From positions 1-30,367 of IMG/VR virus record IMGVR_UViG_3300005404_000020: DNA of 30,367 nt; one strand, 5' to 3'. The first letter of the stretch is position 1; each line of letters opens with the position of its first letter. The notes below the pieces were generated by a model. That model was not told where the DNA came from. It worked only from the letters and a program-made list of their open reading frames with translations, and did not search any database. Shown in pieces: positions 9,001 through 14,596 of this stretch. The stretch is from a virus (taxonomy: Duplodnaviria; Caudoviricetes). Both the position numbers and the translations under genes were made by a program.

Positions 9001-9605
9001 TTCTGAATGATAACATTAGCAGACCATGGAGTACCAGTATTATTTGCGAATGTTTTTAAATTTGGTGCTCTAAAATTGGCATCAGGAGTAATAAAGTTAT
9101 CAATATCAAGGTTCAGAATTCTTGCAGTATCTGAAATGATAGACGTTGAAGTTCTAATAGCACCGTTGATATCAAGTTCAAAATCAACAGTATCAAGAGC
9201 TGCGGTTGCAGTTGCACCACCACCATTACCACCAGAAATAGATACAGTTGGTGCAGTAGTATATCCAGAACCTGGATTATTAACAGCAACGTTTATTACT
9301 TGACCGTTAAAGATAAATGCGGATGCTAATGCTTGTATACCACCTGCACGATCAGGAGCAGTAATATTAACGGAAGGAGGAGTTGTATAACCAGAACCAC
9401 CAGACGTTATTGTTATAACGTTTACTCTTTCACCAGTTCTATTAATACCGACACGAGGTAAGTCAGTCGCTTCATCTAACTGAGCACGGATTATCTCCTT
9501 CTCAGCAGACCCAGATCCTGCTCTAATTGTAAGTTCTTGGTCACCAATTAACGTTGGTTTACCGCCCCTAACGAATTCCTTATCAGAATTAATATTAAAA
9601 CTCAT
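1..9605 (-). CDS. Giant tail fibre/adhesin-like virion protein, >=3201 aa, 3'-truncated by the window edge. Contains GSGY modules, a CBM-like module, a split pectate-lyase-like beta-helix, two helical phycobiliprotein-like domains and a nested array of YPR/HTFV beta modules.
   Basis: ATG at 9605-9603 (MSFNINSDKEFVRGG...), downstream of a late promoter. Manual translation stays in one frame at many checkpoints down to position 3 (...EMVFATLQDA). It is probably missing from the ORF track because no stop lies in the window; an internal stop would have produced a listed ORF in this frame. Confidence 0.92.
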   Translation of the reverse strand, partial: MSFNINSDKEFVRGGKPTLIGDQELTIRAGSGSAEKEIIRAQLDEATDLPRVGINRTGERVNVITITSGGSGYTTPPSVNITAPDRAGGIQALASAFIFNGQVINVAVNNPGSGYTTAPTVSISGGNGGGATATAALDTVDFELDINGAIRTSTSIISDTARILNLDIDNFITPDANFRAPNLKTFANNTGTPWSANVIIQKDNYRWFGANIYQALNTGQTGSSAPVHVDGEALNGEVNFKHIGFRANDASEFGYNTTGEAGIYPRSITPLLGDRTDKIATTEYVLNLATNDVGGRIYVSAQIGSDLNDGRSAVNPVRSIKKAAQLAWETPGVKETIIVSGGEYVEDNPISLPPDASIVGDNLRLVIIRPGNPGKHMVKFGDKNYVIGVTYRDQIDSIGDAVATWDYAMVFDDKQKVVIDAEANGDAGVKFPVGHQVFGPDQFRVNFQENTGGNALQTGLEVVGVNTGSRARIIDVNFTTTVGADAYLTGKLDVTLTSGSFLEGERFNYLVSGTVGNPIALNITQTDGANKFRVDSDPDTLIPPGTYIHLNDTDNSTITTPGFYQVKSIDDDFEISNGYWIIEVVPILGAKSWDNAVVEAISISGANIVEQSVDTTSLKSIRAEGEVTEVEEDFDTALPIQRIDFSLQGDPSITTGGFQESQFGTSEDSGGIIFYTNELVGRSNIHNFREGQEVFIEGLPTTSPDLSALNGRQRIYKILDDADGRSRRFVIPKKYPAITDPDFDPGQFATVKSYSRVVTLSLLNSPNKFPLSTPVSRRFQDACVLLRNNRDFIADEVLGRINEEFKSDYFRVWDVSANDFKIYLGTNDHVNTYVSGGTVKFGGSTYNVSDFVYDYSVTGIATITTSAPITGLTEDSMVQLADILIQCASGTKAYPSYSAPTSGSNVGDDGDNQCKQDVVHFVNALVRDLEFGTNHNVIEGSKKYIIDDKINYIEDEIVQNVRAIEYARQLCILAMRNWRTGNGTTGDPVYTPKYSSVNRYFDTTIINTTAGNPVCANVRDAINTLSYLWVDVITNEVDTAYIDGGYLIARNADLIADQAYQDTKAAFPNLGHDNVEERKCPRDIKYTLKQLLRDLVIGGNHGIVSAAESYYSGNALTGVPVSELPAVSYAYQRAKTYAIAASRNWTNGSYVETTPTGAVYTASTGAMDIIIPDPLVMPTTGDRIAFKAGSLTFSCNYGSSGQDSYPRESDPFFGKSVAITNVQSSGGATTITCNVGAAGAASGNAHSFVSAATGGTVLVYDPISLTSPIPKFEDWDIPLDTASAAPSARLTPSTASYDPANGNFTMTVPGHSVTTGNSIRLSPRSFAFTCDMDGNATEHYLPQSGQTAYGNSLAVTGTTSDTFTVNVGASDPDQQWTPTDATYNPATGELELTVGAGHNMSPGFGVVIDDNSLSFKCAMDGNDSTKTYPRPNHDKYSGRSVNITAVGTNTITVNVGASPADKTFQPTDAVYDPVSGDMVVTIGQHGLGVGKHITLGAGGLSFTCDMDDHQSIHSYPRSTDPQFGKSVEITGVGLSQHTVSNAVYDAGLGKITLTVTNHPFINGDFVKLLDNSLTFNCAIDRAIGNHTYVGGSVQNVYYTGVNAGSVLRDANAGTTYNPLTGELVIQESSSNNFNQAPVSAPAVTDVDYNTTTGTLTYTFTSAHGLSNGQWIKIPDNSLTFSCVYGGGVHKYVGGRVENAVTIGTRQFDVTDATYNASNGALELTIGAHSFVAGNDTVTIGVDKLPFTCDADSHLTTHYYPRSSDPSYNQALAITGQTATTVTVNVGAASGGQTKTYPRSSDPVSGRWLEVYDVTSTELTVRVLDVTPSTNTDTHTFVSATPPLKQTYAIKFQAANVLDFTCDADDNATTHSYPRDIVEQKTVTDGDYSPVTGVMTLTIANHGWKNGDYIKIADDSLTFSCGFGGAVGAAAEKTYPRASDPVSGKWLRIWNVTANTFDVQVLETVPSTNLDAHAFVGASANGVTWKKDYAYDQIIPVDNCDASSVTINVSAASAGHTYPRPNFDVASNKWLEISNVNGNDFDINVGGSSYTGSHTFVSAALNGLQRQTGTLTFNVGAAGAVTPHDVSDATYNTVTGDLELQIGAHTLSVGEHIKLEDDSLTFSCGAAVGQHLFVSTTGFDDSNGNTWSPTAATYTPATGDLVFVMAGHTMTTSDTVTLGEGCFTFTCDADGHATNHAYPRTTDPAYNTPIAITNVNGDSVTINVGASTSTQSTYPRAQATFTATTGTTYTPATGVMSITTTAPHGLSNGDKIKFDDQSLVFSCTYGDGNNGHYPRVGDPLYNTYVAVSNVTANTFEVNALQGTSPTNTDTHTFVSASADGIKKEGTDYVSGKSLQIVATTSTGITVNVNGGQGAISVSSAHTFVSATGGAVKSGGAYNHRFSSATSTAIGFYPQSAHTFVTAANNCVKHLPQSAHTFVRTDTNSVQVYTTGQVPACANVATSIITEMDLLNSILQYETNPSGGIEPGATTQTFGTLYDTNSIISYPDNYIYDQNLVRMAIRADYDDYPIIEASPYTQNSSVISFLGGSGALVDGSKVKQPNCPFAGLELDGTASFPNQGKSMVASAFTIVSFGGTGYKIIEDGYVQLVSVFVIFCADGVLAESGGYASITNSATNFGIYALRGIGFRDEPYSFDIGTITNVSSTPTGRTILTVGGLGREPLEHYVVKIDGFSNVNADIEFFVDAVGAVTVGPPFSAQLTLDNGTGDPLNVKNDTTGQAVSASTLVGETINLHRPSIVNSSSHTWEFAGSGTNYLALPENGGTKTEAFEQVSQQYGRVYVSGTDELGDFKVGTFARIENRTGAITFTGTVTISEVEFLKLKGGDVVVTGFDNSNTLGGANATDSKLPTQKAVRDYITNNLGPYINKPYSTNAVPRALVELTDSGKISIDQIPALRPFEVFTVANQAARLSLEGALAGDICIQQDTSTSFILNNDLDSQFLAFLVDTTLQFTIGDIFDGSVSQGRLQATEYRQGVVYQLNISDGGSGYAAAPTVTITGGAPQAGSVECKAQSVIANGEVVALEIIVFNGYKGGKGYTTQPTVTIAAPAGSGTQAQGSALIESRLYGDIVNKIKLEDTDFFDSSDIPAVNIDITRVVNTSASDANNWVSLSSNQIAAGDIVSGTIETDRLAAGGAANSFTYLRGDQNWALAVQSVKGAERRYFAKLTSACNSGSSEMVFATLQDA
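2265..6158 (-). repeat. Twelve copies of a ~100-aa beta module (TxAxYxPxTG..H..G..SLxFxC..YPRxxDP..TVNVG..HxFVS), interleaved by nested insertion
   Basis: Manual translation gives 12 FxC motifs, 11 YPR plus 1 YLPQ, and 12 Hx(F/Y)V-type motifs (one reads HRFS). Confidence 0.9.
2294..2373. repeat. Exact 26-bp direct repeat ttacaaatgtatgtgcagattgtgga at 2294-2319 and 2348-2373 (54-nt period), encoding PQSAHTFV twice
   Basis: Read directly from the sequence. Confidence 0.95.
6504..7274 (-). other. Helical phycobiliprotein/globin-like domain 1 of the giant fibre
   Basis: DACVLLRNNRDFIADE...NQCKQDVVHFVNALVRDLEFGTN...LAMRNW...PVCANVRDAINTL. Similarity judged by eye. Confidence 0.55.
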
Positions 9606-9642
9606 GGTGCCGTCTTAGCTCCGCCTAATTATTCCTCAGTTA

Positions 9643-9650
9643 TATTTAGC
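9643..9650 (-). promoter_or_regulatory. T4-type late promoter (GCTAAATA) upstream of the giant fibre gene
   Basis: Matches the TATAAATA/CTAAATA late -10 motif. It lies in the 46-bp intergenic gap, 37 nt before the ATG. Confidence 0.75.
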
Positions 9651-9651
9651 A

Positions 9652-10152
9652 CTAAGCCCACGCAATACTGACAACTTGAGTAGAAACAATCCATTTGATA
9701 ACATTTGTTGTTCCAGCTCTTGTGGTAGAATAACTAAAACGATTTGAAGATCCCAATGGAACTATTGCCCATGTTTGACCTGCTGGAATATCATCTTTAA
9801 TTGTAGTAATCATTGAGGCAAGTACAGTAGTTGCTCCAGATCCATCACACTGCACGGAACTTTCTATTTTTCCTGCATAAACAGTACCTAATGGATTAAC
9901 TGCGATGATGTTTCCAGTGATGAAATTTATAGTATTACTTTCTAGAGTAATCTGAGTACCAACATCATCTAATTGTAATACAGCAGTATTGATACCTCTT
10001 AGAATATACTGAGATATTTTACTATCTGAATAGTGTCTGTTCTTAACTTCTAAGCTATTAAGATCTTTTGCATTCCTGAGTTCATCTACGACAATAGTCT
10101 TATCAATAGAGAATCCACCAGTGGAATCAAGTTTTTGTAGTATTCTAGGCAT
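9652..10152 (-). CDS. Conserved hypothetical virion structural protein (166 aa, beta-rich)
   Basis: ORF with phage-like codon usage, starting 1 nt after the upstream stop (TAA-A-ATG), located between fibre genes. Confidence 0.8.
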   Translation of the reverse strand: MPRILQKLDSTGGFSIDKTIVVDELRNAKDLNSLEVKNRHYSDSKISQYILRGINTAVLQLDDVGTQITLESNTINFITGNIIAVNPLGTVYAGKIESSVQCDGSGATTVLASMITTIKDDIPAGQTWAIVPLGSSNRFSYSTTRAGTTNVIKWIVSTQVVSIAWA

Positions 10153-10153
10153 T

Positions 10154-13100
10154 TTACTTCTTAGTAATGTTGTTGGTGATTGTAACTGTAACAGTTTGGG
10201 TTACCCCAACTGCATCTCCTAATGTAATAGTTATACGAACATCGTTAGTTCCAGATATATCAAATGTAGGAACAATCAGTTGTTGTCCTGTTCTAACATT
10301 ACCATATTCTGTATGCCAAACATCCGTACCATCATCCAAGAGTCCAAATTCAATAAATTCACTATCTCCTGTTGTTGGATTCTCTGCACAAACAATTGTT
10401 TTAGCACCAAGACCACTGGTGTTATTGTATATAACTGATGTACCAACATTATTTGTTCCCTTAACAAGATTAAACTTGTCTGTTAATATTTTAGTATCAG
10501 CAAGTTCAAACTCTTTAAGTTCACCATCAAATACTTTAACACCATTATATGCTCCAGTACCAAATGTAGTATTAAAGTAAACATCACCTTGATTGTCTAA
10601 TCTTAATACTGGTTCAACATATAAACCAGAAGATAATCCAAGATCAAAGTATTGTTTTGCAGAATGTAAGAATGTAGTATCTGCTAAAGTATTATCAAGT
10701 GTTGTAGCAGCTGCATCAAATGTTATTAATGATGCAGTTAATTCAAATTCATCTGAAGTTGTAGATACAATAGTATCAACAGTGTCAAACTCTAATTGTG
10801 TCGTAGTAAGTCTTAATGTGTTATTTCCATCATTATAGAAATATAATATGTTCTCATTAGCACCAGGTGAAGTCTCAGGAATAATGTAAGTGTTCTGATC
10901 TACGTCTTTAACTCCACCAAGAGAACCCCAGTTAACTCCATCATAACCTTCAAATAAACTATCGGTTGTGTTAAATCTAACAGAACCTTGAGCAGGTGAT
11001 CCTCTCTCTGCAGTAGTACCAACTGGAACTACCAAAGTGGTTTTAATATCACATACAACTTTCTTTCCTGGAAGAGGAGATAGACTTAAGTCATTAACAT
11101 CAGTTGTGATAATATTATCTTTAAGTCTTAAATCACCATTGATTGATAAATCAGTTCCACCTAATGGTGCTATTCTAAATTCTTCAATCTCTTCAAAAGT
11201 TAGTGGAGCAACTGCTGTAGTAGAATATCTTAAAGTTGCTGTTCCATTTGTAAAGTCATTACCAGTAGTATCTGTAGGAGGGTTAGCATCAGTTCCAGTT
11301 TGACCTCCTGCAACAACAAGGAATAAGTTGTTGAGATATTTTACATAATCATCTGTAGCTACTGGACTATTAGCATTCCAATTAGTATATGCTGGAGCAG
11401 ATACGTTTACAGATCTTACTTTCTTTACGTTTACAAATTCTTGATAGAATGGTGTAATTCTTATAGTGTTTTGAGCATCATTATAGAAATATAATGTATT
11501 ATCATTTGCACCAACTGTTTCTTCTGCAAGAATGTAAGTATTACCATCTAAGTCTCTAACTCCTCCAAGAGATGACCAAGAAGAGGTAGAAGAAGCATAA
11601 CCTTCATACTGACTTGTAGATGAGTTAAATCTGATAGCACCAGCTACTGGACTTGGAGGTCTTTCAAGGTCAGTTCCTACAGGAATTATTAGAGATTTTG
11701 TAGAATTTATTTTTACATCCTGACCAACTGATGGTGTCAATTCAATATCTGTTGTGGCACCACTTGCAATAACAGCATTTGTTATTGTAAGTTTATCATT
11801 AATGTTTAGTGAATCAGAACTCTTTATAATACCTGCTGCTATTACGTTACCATTACTTGCATCAATAGAAAGTTTACCTGGTCCTACATCAACTGTTCCA
11901 GTTAAATTAAGATTTATGTTTGTAGCATTAAGAGCAAGGTTTGGTGATACTGAAGTTATAGAATCAGCAGCAATATTCAAACTAGAAATAGTATTAGCAG
12001 ATAATGTACCTTGTACTGATAAACTATCAAACTCACCAACAGTTGCATCAACTGTAACTGCTGTAAATTCTCCAGTTAAAATATTACCAGTTATACCAGC
12101 AAAAGTATCAATTAAAATTACAGATACACTTAACCCAGAACCAAAAGTTACAGGGTTGTTTAGATCTATAGTAATTGTTGCTTCTGCGTTATCAGGACCA
12201 CCAAGGTCTACATTCTCACGTGAATAGTAATATAGGGTTGGAGTAGTTGTCTCAATTTTAATAGTTAATGAAGTAGTAGTTCTAGTAACTCCAGTGTTAT
12301 ACTCAACACCAGCAAACGATAAAGTAGTAGATCCAGATGCTAATGGATTCCTACTTAAAGTAATAGTATTACCAACTACATTAGTTACTGTTGTTCCTGC
12401 TACCAATTGTCCAGTTCCACCAACAAAGGTGACTAACATACCAACAAGAATTCCTGTGGCATTAGTTACACTTACTTGATTTGTAGTTACATCAAGAGTA
12501 GCAGTAAGATTTTCAACCAAACTAGGAGAATACTTACCATCTCTATATTGAGTAAAGGCAAGAGTCTCAGTTAACATAGAAGGATCTGAAACATCAAACT
12601 CATATGTTGATCCAGCATACAATGTCAAATCTGGTGTCATTTGTAGACCAGAACCAGTATTAATAAAGAATCTATCTTCACCTGAAGAAACAGTTGCTAC
12701 AGTAACTTGTGTAGTTGCAGCATTTTCAAAAACATCAGTTGCTGAAACAGCTCCTTGTGCAGAATCTAAGAATAATCTAGTAATATTTCCAGCAGCAGTA
12801 TCAACTCTTATAACATCAAAACTAACTGCTGCACCTTCTGTTGGTACTGTTGTGATAGTATCTCCTGCAGCTGCCCAATTTGCAGCAACTGTTCCACTAA
12901 GTGTTACTTCAAGTACAGTCTTTTTAATAACGCTATATTGAATAGGTTGTACTACATCTTCTGGATCTACTGATAAAGTATTTCCTTCTTCATATCCTGT
13001 ACCACCTTGTGCTATAGCAATATTATCTACAACACCTAAGTTACCAACTGTATATGAAAAATCATCAGCAGGATCACCATATGCTGGTGTAAAGGTTAAT

Positions 13101-14395
13101 GTTGCAGAACCTGCTGTTGTTGGTTGTGAAGATATTTGAATTATGTTATTAGCAGAAGCTAATACAGTTGATGCTGCTGCTAATACACCATTACCAGCAG
13201 TTTGCGTAACAATATCACCTACAAATATAATACTAGAATCAGCAACATCAAATTCATCTAAAGCACCAATAGATGAGAAATCTAATGTCGCAGCACCAGC
13301 AACTGTTGGATTTGCTGATAATGTAAGTTGAGTTGAACTATCAACAGAAAGAACAGTTGATTCAGCAGCAAGTTGTCCAGTATCAGATCCACCTTGATTG
13401 ATACTCATACCTGCAAGTATGCCTGTAGTATCAGCAACAGTGATTTGTGCTGTGTTAGTAGCCAATGTAGTTGCTACGCTAGCTACAGCACCTCTAAGGG
13501 TTGTAGTTATACCTGTCTGTGCTTGTGGTAGTGTTAGAACATCTCCAGTTTGATAGTTATTACCATACTGAGTTAATACAAAATTGGTTATAATACCTGG
13601 GTCTGAAGTTAATGTCCATGTAAATCCACCACCAGAACCAACTCCGTCAAAGTTAGCATTAGCACTTAAAACATCACCATTTACATAACCACTACCTTCT
13701 GCAGTAAATACAACCTCAATAACAGCACCAGCAGCATCTGTAATAATATCTGCTATAGCACCTGATCCAGTACCACTAACGTTAGTTAAGTTTACATTAT
13801 TGAAAGTTGTAGAAACAACATAACCAGCACCTCCAACAAGAGTACCATTAGATAAACCATTAACATCAAAAGATATATTTGCTGCACTACCAGTAGCACT
13901 ACCTTGTAATGCAACACCAGTAAATGTTCCTGGATTATATCCAGAACCAAGATTACTAACTGTTCCAGCATATGGAACAACACCTATGTTAGCAGTTCCA
14001 CTTCTACCAGAACCTCCTGTAAGAGCAATACCAGAATAATCACCTGGTTCATATCCAGAACCTGGATTTAATATTGATATACCAGCAGTTTGGAGTCTAT
14101 TTTGAGTTAATTGAAAATCTTGAAGAACTTCTACTTTAAGATTTGAAAGATTTTGTACTCTTTTTCCAGAGCTAACAAAACCAAGTATACCCGATGATGG
14201 TCTGTAAAGACCTAAAAGATTGTCATTATCAAAAGCAAGGGATGGAGCTTGGATAGTTCCATCACCTAATTTTAAATTTCCTGTTGATAAATCAGATCCA
14301 CCTTCAGTAATACTGAAAATTTGTTGACCGATCTGATTAATTTTGACCCTTTGTGATTCAAAGGTGTCAGTTCTTTGTACTGCTACTGCTGGCAT
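10154..14395 (-). CDS. Fibre-like virion structural protein (1413 aa)
   Basis: N-terminus MPAVAVQRTDTFESQRVKIN resembles cyanomyovirus structural proteins. Contains GSGY modules, two PVGT..RP..G.IRFN..EGY..W.SLGG repeats, a CBM-like insert and a cupredoxin-like module. Confidence 0.85.
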   Translation of the reverse strand: MPAVAVQRTDTFESQRVKINQIGQQIFSITEGGSDLSTGNLKLGDGTIQAPSLAFDNDNLLGLYRPSSGILGFVSSGKRVQNLSNLKVEVLQDFQLTQNRLQTAGISILNPGSGYEPGDYSGIALTGGSGRSGTANIGVVPYAGTVSNLGSGYNPGTFTGVALQGSATGSAANISFDVNGLSNGTLVGGAGYVVSTTFNNVNLTNVSGTGSGAIADIITDAAGAVIEVVFTAEGSGYVNGDVLSANANFDGVGSGGGFTWTLTSDPGIITNFVLTQYGNNYQTGDVLTLPQAQTGITTTLRGAVASVATTLATNTAQITVADTTGILAGMSINQGGSDTGQLAAESTVLSVDSSTQLTLSANPTVAGAATLDFSSIGALDEFDVADSSIIFVGDIVTQTAGNGVLAAASTVLASANNIIQISSQPTTAGSATLTFTPAYGDPADDFSYTVGNLGVVDNIAIAQGGTGYEEGNTLSVDPEDVVQPIQYSVIKKTVLEVTLSGTVAANWAAAGDTITTVPTEGAAVSFDVIRVDTAAGNITRLFLDSAQGAVSATDVFENAATTQVTVATVSSGEDRFFINTGSGLQMTPDLTLYAGSTYEFDVSDPSMLTETLAFTQYRDGKYSPSLVENLTATLDVTTNQVSVTNATGILVGMLVTFVGGTGQLVAGTTVTNVVGNTITLSRNPLASGSTTLSFAGVEYNTGVTRTTTSLTIKIETTTPTLYYYSRENVDLGGPDNAEATITIDLNNPVTFGSGLSVSVILIDTFAGITGNILTGEFTAVTVDATVGEFDSLSVQGTLSANTISSLNIAADSITSVSPNLALNATNINLNLTGTVDVGPGKLSIDASNGNVIAAGIIKSSDSLNINDKLTITNAVIASGATTDIELTPSVGQDVKINSTKSLIIPVGTDLERPPSPVAGAIRFNSSTSQYEGYASSTSSWSSLGGVRDLDGNTYILAEETVGANDNTLYFYNDAQNTIRITPFYQEFVNVKKVRSVNVSAPAYTNWNANSPVATDDYVKYLNNLFLVVAGGQTGTDANPPTDTTGNDFTNGTATLRYSTTAVAPLTFEEIEEFRIAPLGGTDLSINGDLRLKDNIITTDVNDLSLSPLPGKKVVCDIKTTLVVPVGTTAERGSPAQGSVRFNTTDSLFEGYDGVNWGSLGGVKDVDQNTYIIPETSPGANENILYFYNDGNNTLRLTTTQLEFDTVDTIVSTTSDEFELTASLITFDAAATTLDNTLADTTFLHSAKQYFDLGLSSGLYVEPVLRLDNQGDVYFNTTFGTGAYNGVKVFDGELKEFELADTKILTDKFNLVKGTNNVGTSVIYNNTSGLGAKTIVCAENPTTGDSEFIEFGLLDDGTDVWHTEYGNVRTGQQLIVPTFDISGTNDVRITITLGDAVGVTQTVTVTITNNITKK
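10805..11785 (-). repeat. Two ~110-aa internal repeats in the 1413-aa protein (about 11453-11785 and 10805-11125)
   Basis: PVGTDLERP..GAIRFN..YEGY..WSSLGGVRDLDGNTYI..GANDNTLYFYND versus PVGTTAERG..GSVRFN..FEGY..WGSLGGVKDVDQNTYI..GANENILYFYND. The copies share an exact 20-mer, catcattatagaaatataat, at 10828-10847 and 11476-11495. Confidence 0.9.
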
Positions 14396-14588
14396 TTTTG
14401 ATTAACTCTCTAAGCAAGGACTTGATTTCAGAGACTTCAGTCTTCAACATATTTATGTCTTCCAATGCGGAACCTAAGTGCTTAGACTTACGTCTTGCCT
14501 CTATAGCAGAATCATCCAAATTAATGATGGCACCTGTCTTTTGGTCTCGTACAAGACCATCATGTCCTTGCACTTTCAAATAACCCAT
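14367..14588 (-). CDS. Small conserved T4-like phage protein (73 aa, probable C-terminal coiled coil)
   Basis: The KVQGHDGLVRD..TGAIIN motif recalls the small gene that follows DUF4815/VrlC genes. Starts 8 nt after the upstream stop and overlaps the next gene by 29 nt. Confidence 0.8.
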   Translation of the reverse strand: MGYLKVQGHDGLVRDQKTGAIINLDDSAIEARRKSKHLGSALEDINMLKTEVSEIKSLLRELIKNASSSSTKN

Positions 14589-14596
14589 GTGCGGAC

